DNA of 60,647 bases, the filler included, from Sphacelaria rigidula (Eukaryota), in the NCBI GenBank assembly GCA_964200075.2. It is 5 parts of 5 records of this genome, joined end to end, with 100 filler letters (N's around TTAATTAATTAA, not from the genome) between each part and the next. Parts side by side here need not be neighbours in the genome. Positions count along the whole stretch, not along the records: positions 36,450 to 48,498 come from CAXNAA020004193.1; positions 48,599 to 60,647 come from CAXNAA020004194.1; 3 more parts are not named here. One strand, 5' to 3'. A model generated the notes under the pieces. It did no database searches. It saw only the letters and a program-made list of their open reading frames with translations, and was not told where the DNA came from. Within the stretch, counting starts at the first letter, position 1, and each line of letters starts with the position of its first letter. Made by a program: the position numbers and the translations under genes. This document shows, piece by piece, positions 38,847-49,115 of this stretch.

Positions 38847-39200
38847 ATGACTTTCCAGTAACGAAAAGATAGGATAAACCGACCTCATCCCTCCCGACCT
38901 TTCTAAAACTATTTTGGGGGATTTCAAGCCTTCCGTTCCCCCGAATAGTTTGTGCGAAAGCCCGATTTTTGGGCGAAAAAACTTGTTTTTTTTACCCCGA
39001 AATCGTGGCAAAAATGTGGCTTCGCACATACCCTCTGGGAGAACAGATGACTAGAAATCCGCCAAAATAGTTTTCAGGAGGTCGGGAGGGATGCTGTCGT
39101 TCATATGAAAGTCATTTGTCATGAATTTAGGACAGAGAGAGCACTGCTCTTGAGTTGAACCCCATTTTTGTGTTGAACCCCATTTTTGAAAATCCGCTGT
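38847..39200. mobile_element. Foldback element (diverged relative of 47108-47529)
   Basis: cgacctcatccctcccgacct..aaaactattttgg (38880) is mirrored by ccaaaatagttttcaggaggtcgggagggatg (~39062-39093). Layout and motifs match 47108-47529. Confidence 0.7.
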
Positions 39201-40506
39201 TTATCGGTGGTATATTGCCACCGAACGGAGGCCTCTTTGATCACAACCGTAATGAAAGAGTATTGTGACTTTCAATTGCTCTTAAATCACAATAAATAGC
39301 CCTCTGTCTAGTGGACGGTCGATTTTCTTCATACATGAGTTTCGTTAAGGAAAATCACGCTGAACTCGTCGACCTTACTGTGTTCATACTTCCTGAAAAA
39401 GGATCACACTCGGGACAGGTCAGTAGTTGGCAATAGGAAAAAAATGTACTGCGTCATGTATAGACCTATTTGTCGTTTTTTTTTTTCTCTTTTGGAACTA
39501 TTGCAAACCCTGCACAATGGAGTCCACCGTACAAAAAAAGTGCACTGCGTACAACAGTCTCGTTTATTGCAATAGACAATAGTTTCTATACTGTACGCAG
39601 TACGCTTTTTTGTCGATGTAATCTACTGTCGTTATCCAGAGTGTGAACCGTTGACCACATACTGTCCAGATAGGGAATGGGATACAATGCTCGCTCAAAC
39701 AAGGTACTCGTTCAATACGAAGGCTTCTCGCTCATTACTTCCGGCACCCGCGACAACAAGGGCGTTCACCCTGTCGAAGGGGCCCTCACTCACGATGAAA
39801 AGTGTTCACGTAAAGCCAAAGGTTCCCACTCGAAGCAGGGCGGGTGCTCGACGAAGGCTAGAGCAGAAGAAAATCGGGATAGTTCTCCATGCGCATGACA
39901 CACCGAACAGTCGGTCTGCAGCCATGAATTTTGATATAAAAGTGTTTTGACTTCTGTTATCCCCCCAAAAAACAAAACAAAAACAAGAACAAAAACAAAA
40001 GATGAAGAAAAATAATCTCATTGAACATGTATTGTGTTCGCCGACACTCTTGAGACTGCCACGAAGCAAAACACGGGTATGGATCGAACGCCAGCGGACA
40101 CGCACTTGCTTGTTTGTGTTCGTGAAGAGCAAAGCATGATGATTCGCACACTCCGCACAGATATGCAGTTTTCAGAGTTAGTTCGTCACAGGAGAAGAAC
40201 CATCACGGGAAATCTTCCCGGACCCAAGTTCCTATCCTATCTCGTCCCATCCCCTTGTTTTCTGGCAAAGGGAATACGATCCCGTCTCGTCCTCTCGCCT
40301 TCAGAGGTGACGGAATCTCCCGTCCCGTGACCTTCAGGAGCCACGGGACTTCCTTTCCCGCCCATTTCTATCCCGTTCCACCTCCCCTCGTCCCGTCTGC
40401 ACGTCCCGTGACAAGCCCTGGTGGTTATTGTGACCCCCTCCCCCATCCCCTGTTGCCGTGCGCCGCCCCTTGTTTCAACTCTGACAAAACCTGGCGCATT
40501 TTTCAG

Positions 40507-41046
40507 GAGATTTTGAATCGCGGACTGAAGCATCTGCCGATGGAACATGACATCTCGGTGGAAGCGTTCCACCCGGAAACCGTGAGCGACGCGAGCCCGT
40601 TGGACCATCACTTCCGGAGGTCCCCCTACCCGACTCTTCACATCTGCTACCACGGCGTGAGGGAGAAGGACACGGCGTTGCACCCCGCGGTGATGGCCAA
40701 AAAGAGCATAACGGACGCTCGTAAGGGCCACGGGGGGAGTACGGCGACTAGCTCTAGCGGTGGGCGCCGGAAGTCCGGGAAAAAAAACGGGAAAAAGAAC
40801 CGCAAAAAGACGAGTAGTGCGTCTTCTCTTGGGGCTACGGGTGTTGTGGAGACGGCCAGTAGAGGGGGGGCGACACGGGATGGCGGGCTCCAGGGGACTG
40901 GGACTCGCGGCAGGAGCAAGACAATCATGAAGGGGGATGGTGATATTGGTGCTGGTGGAGGCGGTGGCGGTGGGGAGGAAGCGACGGAGACAGCTCCTTC
41001 GAAGAAGCGCTCGTCGTCTGGAGCGAAGAAAGCGGAGGATGAATGA
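40507..41046 (+). CDS. Terminal exon of a DUF1415-like protein with a Lys/Gly-rich low-complexity tail
   Basis: Acceptor catttttcag|GAG at 40506/7, open to TGA at 41046. The peptide ISVEAFHPETVSDASPLDHHFRRSPYPTLHI matches the DUF1415 signature FHP...RSPYPxLH (recognised from memory, not searched). Upstream exons were not identified. Confidence 0.6.
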   Translation, partial: EILNRGLKHLPMEHDISVEAFHPETVSDASPLDHHFRRSPYPTLHICYHGVREKDTALHPAVMAKKSITDARKGHGGSTATSSSGGRRKSGKKNGKKNRKKTSSASSLGATGVVETASRGGATRDGGLQGTGTRGRSKTIMKGDGDIGAGGGGGGGEEATETAPSKKRSSSGAKKAEDE

Positions 41047-42422
41047 TTAGTTTGTGACTCGACATTTTCTTGTATGATTGATCGTTGAAGGGTAGAGAAG
41101 GCCAACAGGGGAGAGGGCTTGTAGTAGAAAGAGGAAACCGGGCGGGGGGGGGGGAGGAGGGGGTTGATCGAGATTTTTTTTCTTGTGTGCGTGTGAGTTG
41201 TTTTTGCGACTCGTTTTTTCCCCCTTGTCTTGAGAGGAGAAGGTCTTCACGGACGTGTGGTGAGTCGTCACGGAAATGGTGTCCGATTCATTGGCGATGG
41301 GAAATGGCCGATGAAGGTTGATGGAGATTGCCTGGTGTGACTGTTGGTTAAGCGAGGAAAGGGTCTACTTGAAAGGCCGAGAAATCGGATGTGATGAGAG
41401 AGGCAGACCCACAAGAAGGACCTTCGACAAAAAATGCCATCAAATGACTACTGAATGAAAAAGGTAGACGATGTTACGGGGATTGTCTGCAGGGGGCGGG
41501 GTCAGGGCGGTTGGTGCTGTACTCGCGACAGCTAGTTGAGGTATTGTCAATTTTGCACTGTTGATTTTATACCCTTTGATTAGTTCATGGTTCCCCCGCA
41601 CCCTGAAAGTGTCCAATTTCACCGGTATAGAGCTTCTCGTACGTTCAGTCAACCCCGTCTATTTATATATACATACACCGATGTGAGTTGGTTTTGAAAG
41701 TATGTTGGTTAAATCTCGGTTGTACGGTTTGTGGCATGATGCTGCTGCTTTTTGTCGCGGAGTAGATGGGAGGGTGGGAAGGGATCATGATGTGTATATT
41801 CCGGGTGGGGGGAGTATGATTGACCCGTGATGATCGAATCCATTTTTGAGAAAGCGGCGATGGAAGCCATTTGTGAGGAGACGCGGTCTCTGCCTTCGCT
41901 GAAAAAATGGTGGGAGATATGTGACGATTAATCTTGGCCCTCTCCCCAAAAGGTACTCGGACAGGGCCAGCAGATGACTGTGTCGTTCACGACACCGCAG
42001 GTGTTTTCGAGTCCGACAGGATTAGGGGTTGTTTTCGAGAAACTGCGATCATTTGCTCCAAACGGGAAGAAACCGAAAACATGCGATGTCGGACAAGGGC
42101 GGGAGATGGAGAGGGTTAGGGGGGGTGGGCATGGAGATGATTCATGCTGTCGGTTCGCTTGACCCGAACCGTTCTTTGTCATGAGTTTATTGATAGCGGA
42201 GCGGAGAAGCTTCAACACCACAACAGGGCTGTACATTCGACAGGAAATTCTGTATATTCATAGATATTGTTCAAAGCAACCCAACACGTCAGAGGGACGG
42301 GGCGGTTGCGATGATCATTGTAAGTGGTTGCCGGCGAGGAGCTGGAAGGAGGGGGGGGGGAGAGGGGGGTGTACAGGTGGCCAGACAGGCAATGACAAGA
42401 TATTCCCGTTTGACACAATGGG

Positions 42423-42626
42423 GAGTTGCGGAAAACGCTTTTTTTGTCATTTCAGAGTGCAAATATCTCAGAATCAGAGTGTAACAAAAGTTTTTTCCTC
42501 CCCCGTCCAATGTGGTATCCCCGTAATGTTTCGTCCAAGAGTTTTTTTTTAATTTTGTTTTATCCTGCACTCTGATCCTGAGATATTTGCACTCTAAAAT
42601 GACATAAAAAACGTTTTCCGAAACTC
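42423..42626. mobile_element. MITE-like inverted repeat, ~60-bp arms
   Basis: gagttgcggaaaacg..tgtcatttcagagtgcaaatatctcagaatcagagtg is mirrored by cactctgatcctgagatatttgcactctaaaatgaca..cgttttccgaaactc. Confidence 0.8.
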
Positions 42627-44239
42627 TGTAAAATATGAGGAAGGGTGGCGAGATTATTTTCCGGCACGGGGTTATTCGTGTGAGACTAGGAGGGACAAAT
42701 GAAGGGTGGTGTTGTTCAGGAAGCGAACAATTTACCCATTGAACCAGTGAGCGCTTATTCAATGGGTAAACTGTTCGCTTCCTGAACAGGTTCCTCTGAG
42801 CGGGAGTATTTGTTCGTGAAGAGGAGGAGGGAGGAGGGGTGGTCACGAACAACAGCAGGACGCTCGATAGGAAGGTGCACGTTGGATCGTGTCGTACCTG
42901 TTTACTGAAATGGAGCGGCGACCGCGTACTGGGGGGGGGGAAACAAGCGCAGAGATGCGGTTCCCTCCGTTTTGCTTCGTCGAGCAGTGAGAGGATGCCT
43001 GTGATGATATTAGGGGTGACCGTGCTAGTGTGGAACGAGTCTGTCTGTGCATGGTTCAATTTGGTTAGTTGCATACGTTTCATGGTCGCCGTGTATTGGA
43101 ATCATGTCATCGGTTCTCCGTCAGTTGTTTGCTGTATTTTCTCGGAGAGAGCGGTGCTCGGTGGTTGGCTGTGACTAGTTGTTGCAGATCGTTTGTGTAT
43201 ATACAGTATGAACGGCGACCCGAAAAAAGCCCAAACTATTCCTTGAGTCGCCGCTGAATTTTCCCTTAATCTCGGCATAAGCATGGGATTCGCCTAATTT
43301 GACACGAGATTGTTGAGGATGTAGCGTTGTTAGGACAATGTCACCCCAGGCACTGGTGTCGTTTGCTGTAGAGTAGGGAATTGTCAAGTGGTTAACAAAA
43401 CATACCAGAGGTGGTCCAGAGGAAGAGTACACTGTCCGTATAGGAATAATGTGGCGGTCGATTCACGGCGGATACCATTGCGATAGGCCGTACTCTCTAT
43501 GCACGTAGTCGATAATATATCCACCACTTTTCCGGGGCACTCACTCAGCGGTTTTGGCAGTGAAGACTGTAGTCAACATTTTCGTGAGATCGAGAGTAGA
43601 GGGATAATATCCTTAAAGATACCCCGTGTATGCAACAAACCGGCCCCTATACAAGATAGGGTTGGACACCATAGGTCGATGACCTGCACCCTGCTAGTTG
43701 ATACCGATGGTGGCACAGATGAAGGGCCCTCACTCGATCCAGTCATCGTTTCCAGGAATGGTCCACCCCGGCGGTCTGCGTTGCTTCCCATGATTTGTTT
43801 TCCCCCTCAACTGTACCCCGTAACCCGTCTGTGGACAATTCGCGGTAACTTCGCCAATTTTTCATTCCCTGTGTACTTTTGTTTGCCTCCCATCCCTGGC
43901 GTGTGCTTACAGCTACACGTCGATATCCTACTCGGGGATATCAAGAGCCTCAGTGGCAAGTTACTACAGAAATAATGTCGGGCCTCGGGGAGGGGCATTT
44001 CAGAACTAGAACGATCCATTCACTAATTGACCGCTCTTCACTCTCAATCGTATCCTCTACTCTCAATCTCACGAAAAAACATTGTTTATTATAGGATACA
44101 TACTACTGAGCAGCTATCGTTATTGCACAGTTGAAGACAACGGAAGTTACCACTACCGGGTTCCGGAGTGGGTACTCAAAGATAAAGGGGGATGCGTAGT
44201 CGAGGTGTGCTCTAAAAACACGGGATTTCACAAATTGGG

Positions 44240-44632
44240 GATGATTTTTTCGAGGATGAGAAACCATATGAATTGAAATGTTCATATCCACACCAAACGT
44301 TCGAAATATGGTTCGATTTTTTCACCTACTGGTAGCTTTTAACAACAACACGCCATGAAAATCAAGATTTCGAAAACCGAACAGTTGGGGTCCTAGATGA
44401 AAAACCAATTTTGGGGAATTTCGGCGATCTGATCGGATATTCTGAATTCCCCAAAATTGTTTCTTCATCCAAGACCCCAACATGTGCGTTATCAGGATCT
44501 AAATTTGTACTCGTATGGCGTGCAGTAGTTGTCAATAACTACCAGTAGGTGAAGGAGTTGAACTATATTTCGAAGATTTGGTGTGGATACGAAGATTTTA
44601 AATCTCCGGGTTCTCATCCTCGATAAGAATCC
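44240..44632. mobile_element. Long foldback element (~180-bp arms, ~20-bp loop); truncated second copy at ~46820-47085
   Basis: cgaggatgagaa..tatccacaccaaa..ttcacctactggtag..ttggggtc.tagatgaa.aa..aattttggggaatt is mirrored across about 44430. The same arm sequence recurs at 46835-46990 with its own inner inversion to 47083. Confidence 0.8.
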
Positions 44633-45610
44633 ATCCGCAATCCGTGAAATCCCGTGTTTAGAATTGAACTGATAAGAAGTTCAGATACAACTTCGTGCAC
44701 TGCTGCATACCTCGTCGTGGCGGGTGCATATAATTTAGGAAAATCAACAGGATCCGGTCGGCGAAAATTTCTTATATCCTCGACGTACTGCCTCCGCCAC
44801 CTCCTCGCTGCACGTAAATTACTCAACGAAAAACACTCCCGTATAGGTTTACAGTGTCTAACTGACTGGCACTACTCAAAATGCTAGGTAGGGTGTGCTG
44901 CCTCCCCCATGTAGAACAACCAAAACAAGACAACAATCTTCAGGGACACCGCACAAAAGAAAACTGAGGCTATTTTGCTGAAACAGAAGCCACCGCTATC
45001 CATCCACTAGGTGGAAAGCTCCGTATGACGAACATTGGGGGTTTCTGTTTCTTATTTTCATGTTTCTTATCTTGTCGCCTAGGTTGAGGTGTGTTTCTCA
45101 GTCCATTTCTCTTATTTTCCGTGAAAGGCCCAGCCTCATTTTCTTCACTATTTTTTTCTTACTTACGGGCCGCAACTGTATGTGCTCGAACGCCAAACTC
45201 ATGCTGACAGAAACGACTTGTGCCAGCACCGTTGGCCCAAGGGACCACGACACCAAAGTGCGGAAGAGATTCTTCGGACTCTGAAGTTTATATGATTGTA
45301 CGTTTTGCCTGAAGTAGGAGCAAGACGAGAAGTTGACAGAATCAAGCACAGACCCTAACCATTTTGGGACCGGGTCGCCAGAACGACCAATGAGGTTGGT
45401 TAGGAAATATTTTATTGTCCGCATCACCTTGCAACACAGCCCTTTGTGGTCGGGGTGGGCCGCCATTTCCCTCTTTGTTGCATACGGCAAATTCTCCTCG
45501 AAGCATATGAGCGTTGCGGCGCGCATACATACAGTATAGGACAGTACAGTACAGTACGCCTCTCAAACTGCAGCAGCAGCAGCTGCCGCTGCATACTCCT
45601 TTCTACGTTC

Positions 45611-46159
45611 TGTGACGGTTTACGAGACTACCAACTAGGCTATTGACCAGTCAGCGCTGACTTGTCAGTAGTCTAGTTGGTAGTCTTTTAAACCGTCACA
45701 AAAGTTAGTCGTGGGGGTTAAACCGTCACAAAAGTTAGTTGTGGGGGTTCAATCCCCGTCACCTTCACTCCGAGGAGGGCGACTCCCCTTGCCAGCGCTC
45801 TATCGACTGTCATCATGAGCCTCTAGTGTTGTATCTTCACACGGTGACCTTGAGTTACTCGTCTCCCCCACTCATTTCCAGAGTGTGTGCACTGGGGCCC
45901 CTAGCAGCCGACTCCAAACATACCCACCAGGCTATACCCCACCCTTCTTCTTTTTGGGCCAAATTTTTACTGAGATTTTCTCTCCTTGGGGCCAATTTTT
46001 TTGCCAGAGGTTTTCTCTCCTCTTTTTTCTTTAGAGAAAGTGCGTCCGACGGGGATCGAACTAGCGACTAACTTTTGTGACGGTTTAGGAGACTACCAAC
46101 TAGGCTACTGACAAATCAGCGTGACAGTGGCCTAGTTGGTAGTCTCTTAAACCGTCACA
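45611..46159. mobile_element. 549-bp TIR element, TGT...ACA ends, 4-bp TSD (GTTC), self-palindromic TIRs (Ginger-like non-autonomous element)
   Basis: gttc|tgtgacggtttacgagactaccaactagg...cctagttggtagtctcttaaaccgtcaca|gttc. Each TIR of about 110-160 bp contains its own ~85-90-bp hairpin. No ORF. Confidence 0.75.
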
Positions 46160-47107
46160 GTTCTGGGCAATTCTCAGCGACCGAGATCAACTGCCTAAAT
46201 ACCGCTTCTTCATCCCCGCCCACTACATACATGTTAAGTGCTCACTTCAAGTCATCGGCAGAGGGATAAGCAGAATTCATGACGGTAGCTCCTCTTGTCT
46301 TTTCACGGCACACCTGGGTTTAGCGCCTCGTGAAAATGACCAGATGGTGGCATGTACACTTCTTCCCGTTTTTTCCCGCTGTACCCCGTCTTAGTGCAAT
46401 TACTACGTTTGAGTATAGAACTGCGTCCTAATCCCCCCCCGGGAATTTCGGGAACGCTATACTGAATGACAGTAGTACCATAAACCCAAGCTGCGACCAC
46501 CCTGCATTTGGAAACCTGGGAAGGCTTATTTTCTGGGCTATGGATTTTTGTCCTTGTTGTGCACACACAAGTTCAGAGGTCGGGGACAACCAACGTGTAG
46601 CAGTTGTCAATAGTTATCAGTAGGTCGGGGACAATCAACGATGGATCTTAGTGCCGCAACTCCGTCGTTGCTCGCATGGTGTGTGTGAGGAAAGTAGCGG
46701 TGACGGGAACATCGCCCAGCCTTTCGACGACGTGTTCAGTAGCGCCCAGAGGCGCGTCCTGTCCAAAAAGAGAGGCAGACAGGAATCGATCTTTAACACG
46801 GGATCTTACATTTTGGGGATGGATCTTTTATTGGGGATGAGAAACCCGGAGGATTAAAATCTTCGTATCCACACCAAATCTCCGAAATATGGTTCCATTT
46901 CTTCACCTACTGATAACTATTGACAACTGCTACACGTCATAGAAATACGGATTTCGATCACCGAAATATTGGGGTCCTAGGTGAAAAACCAGCTTCGGGG
47001 GATGTCGAGTGTCCGTACGGACGCCAAAATGGTTCCGAAATTGGTTTTTCATCTAGGACCCCAACATTTCGGTGATCGGAATCAAAATTTCTATGGCGAG
47101 TAAAGAG

Positions 47108-47529
47108 CCTGGATTCGTAATTGAGGTTCAAAATTTTAATGAGTTTCAACTCGAAAACAGTGCTTTCCCTGACCTGAAATCATGTCCTATGAATTTCATA
47201 TATATGGACGACCTCATGCCCCCCGACCTTCTTGAAACTTTTTTCGGGGGTTGCCCGTCTTCCGTGCTCCCAAAGCGTATGTGCGAAAGCACCAATTCGG
47301 GCTGAAAACGTCCCCTTTTTCGCCCCGATATCGAGGCTAAAAAGGTGCTTTCGCACATACGCTTTGGGGGCACGGAATACGGGCAACTCCCAGAAATAGT
47401 TTTGAGGAGGTCGGGGGGCATGAGGTCGTCCATATTATGAAATTCATAGGTCCATGACTTCGGGTCAGGGAAATCACTGTTTTCGAGTTGAAACTCATTA
47501 AAATGTTATACCTCAATAACTAGTCCAGG
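47108..47529. mobile_element. Long foldback element (~185-bp arms, ~50-bp spacer)
   Basis: ttaatgagtttcaactcgaaaacagtg.tttccctgacc.gaa.tcatg.cctatgaatttcata.atatggacgacctcatgccccccgacct...caaagcgtatgtgcgaaagcacc is mirrored at 47344-47529. Confidence 0.88.
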
Positions 47530-47923
47530 GTGTTAATCGCTCTTTGATTACCTGATTGAGAAATCTGCTGTCACGTTTTTTGGGAGGAGCAGGGAAGCTT
47601 TTTTTCCCTCGTTAAAACGCCGCAGTGCTCGAGTTTCGTTTTGTTGAGTACGTGTACAGTGTTGTGTGCCCCCGAAATCCGTGCCGTCGGAACACCTTCA
47701 TGCTATCATTGAGCCCAATGTTATCGAGACTGTTTAATCGGAGATATCCGAAAAATCGGACATCGATAGCTCTCGAAAGCTTTGTGAGTGTCACGGCACA
47801 CACAGGGGGCAGCTCTCCGGAAGTGCTGGGGTGCAGCCCTATATTTTCAGATCTTTGTCCGAAATTGAGGGTTTGGAGAACAAAACCACGCCGGTTAGTT
47901 GTGGAAGAGAAGCCCAAACGTTA

Positions 47924-48072
47924 GAATCCGGTATGTCTTGAAAACGTCCGGAAGTCTCCGGGAAAAAAAGTGTCGGTGTATCGATGGACCGCCCGAACGC
48001 AAGAATCCGACATGTCTTGAAAACGTTCGGAGGTCCCCGGGGAAAAAATTGTCGATATTTCAATGGGCCGCC
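47924..48072 (+). repeat. Degenerate tandem duplication, ~79-bp period, 2 copies
   Basis: gaatccg..atgtcttgaaaacgt.cgga.gtc.ccggg.aaaaaa.tgtcg occurs twice. Confidence 0.75.
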
Positions 48073-48498
48073 ATGAGAGGTAATCTCAAGCTCGGGTTTA
48101 GGAGTGTATTTTACGGTTAATTTACCATCAGATACATACCGGGACCCTATAGCTTGAGATGCCTCTACCTTGAAGTCTTGTGGCAAATTCGCGGTCGGGT
48201 TTTATCGGCCCGCATGGTATTTCCGTGACGGCACTTACCCTCCTTGAATCGAGATTTTGTTCTTCGCGCGCGCACTTGCATATTGCAGATGCTCGGAGCT
48301 ATGGCAGGTGCTGGCATCGCTACCACGTTCAGAGATGACACTGCTGGGGGCTACAACTCGCTGGCACCCGGCGTCGACGTGAGTTTTTGACGAAGTTTTT
48401 TCGTGCTAGAACATGTTTTTGTGGGAGGGGAGGAGGGGGGAGGGGCGGGGGGGAGGGGGGTGGGAGAAGCGGGAGGAGGGGAAAGGGGGGGGGTTGGG

Positions 48499-48598
48499 NN
48501 NNNNNNNNNNNNNNNNNNNNNNNNNNNNNNNNNNNNNNNNNNTTAATTAATTAANNNNNNNNNNNNNNNNNNNNNNNNNNNNNNNNNNNNNNNNNNNN
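48499..48598. other. Artificial contig spacer N44-TTAATTAATTAA-N44
   Basis: Same linker. Confidence 0.97.
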
Positions 48599-48667
48599 CC
48601 TGCAATGGAGGGATGGGACTTCAACCTCATATTTTGTTTCAACCCCGAAAATTAGGATCGGCTGTTA

Positions 48668-49115
48668 GATGCTGACTACGCAAGTAAGGCAGCTGATAGG
48701 CGGTCGGTATCAGGAGGGCTAGTGATGTGTGGAGGTGGATGCGGGTCTTGGTTTTCAAGGACTCAGAAGTGTGTGACGCCGTCCACAACGGAAGCAGAGT
48801 ACGTTGCTATGACAGATGTTCTGAAGGAGGTATTGTTTTTGAGACAGGTTTGGCGTTTCATGTTGCCGCAGATGGGAATGCCATGCATCCCTGTGTTTGA
48901 GGATAATCAGGGACTTATTCAATTGGCAAAGAACTCAATCACGAACTCCAACTCCAAGCACATCGACGTAAGGCATCATTTTATCAGAGAGTTGGTTGGG
49001 AGGAATGAGGCTTCGGTTATTCATGTGAGATCGGAGTATCAACATACAGAGATATCCCCACTAAAGTGTTGCCGACAGAGTCTTTTGAGTTCCATCATAA
49101 TATTGTCATGAATAT
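48668..49115 (+). mobile_element. Ty1/copia LTR retrotransposon RNase H (pol C-terminus) remnant
   Basis: DADYASKAADRRSVSGGLVMCGG..WFSRTQKCVTPSTTEAEYVAM...VFEDNQG.IQLAKN...SNSKHIDVRHHFIRELV gives the canonical copia RNase H motifs (DADY/W, S.TEAEY, KHID.R.HF.RE). Frameshifted near the end and 5'-truncated by another repeat. Confidence 0.93.

Noticed and set aside
41440..45526. ORFs 42289-43083, 43499-43975, 44614-44826 and 45098-45526 as genes
   Set aside because: No recognisable domain or consistent splice chain, and several run through inverted-repeat elements. They may be decayed TE sequence but cannot be supported.
45740..45765. tRNA gene suggested by GGTTCAATCCCC (also RC motifs at ~4650-4665 and ~46048-46061)
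   Set aside because: Only a T-loop/B-box-like motif. I could not build a cloverleaf, D-arm or acceptor stem.
46577..46640. CRISPR-like repeat-spacer-repeat
   Set aside because: Only two 19-bp repeats, in a eukaryotic context with no cas genes. The 'spacer' is an inverted copy of nearby DNA, better explained by templated repair.
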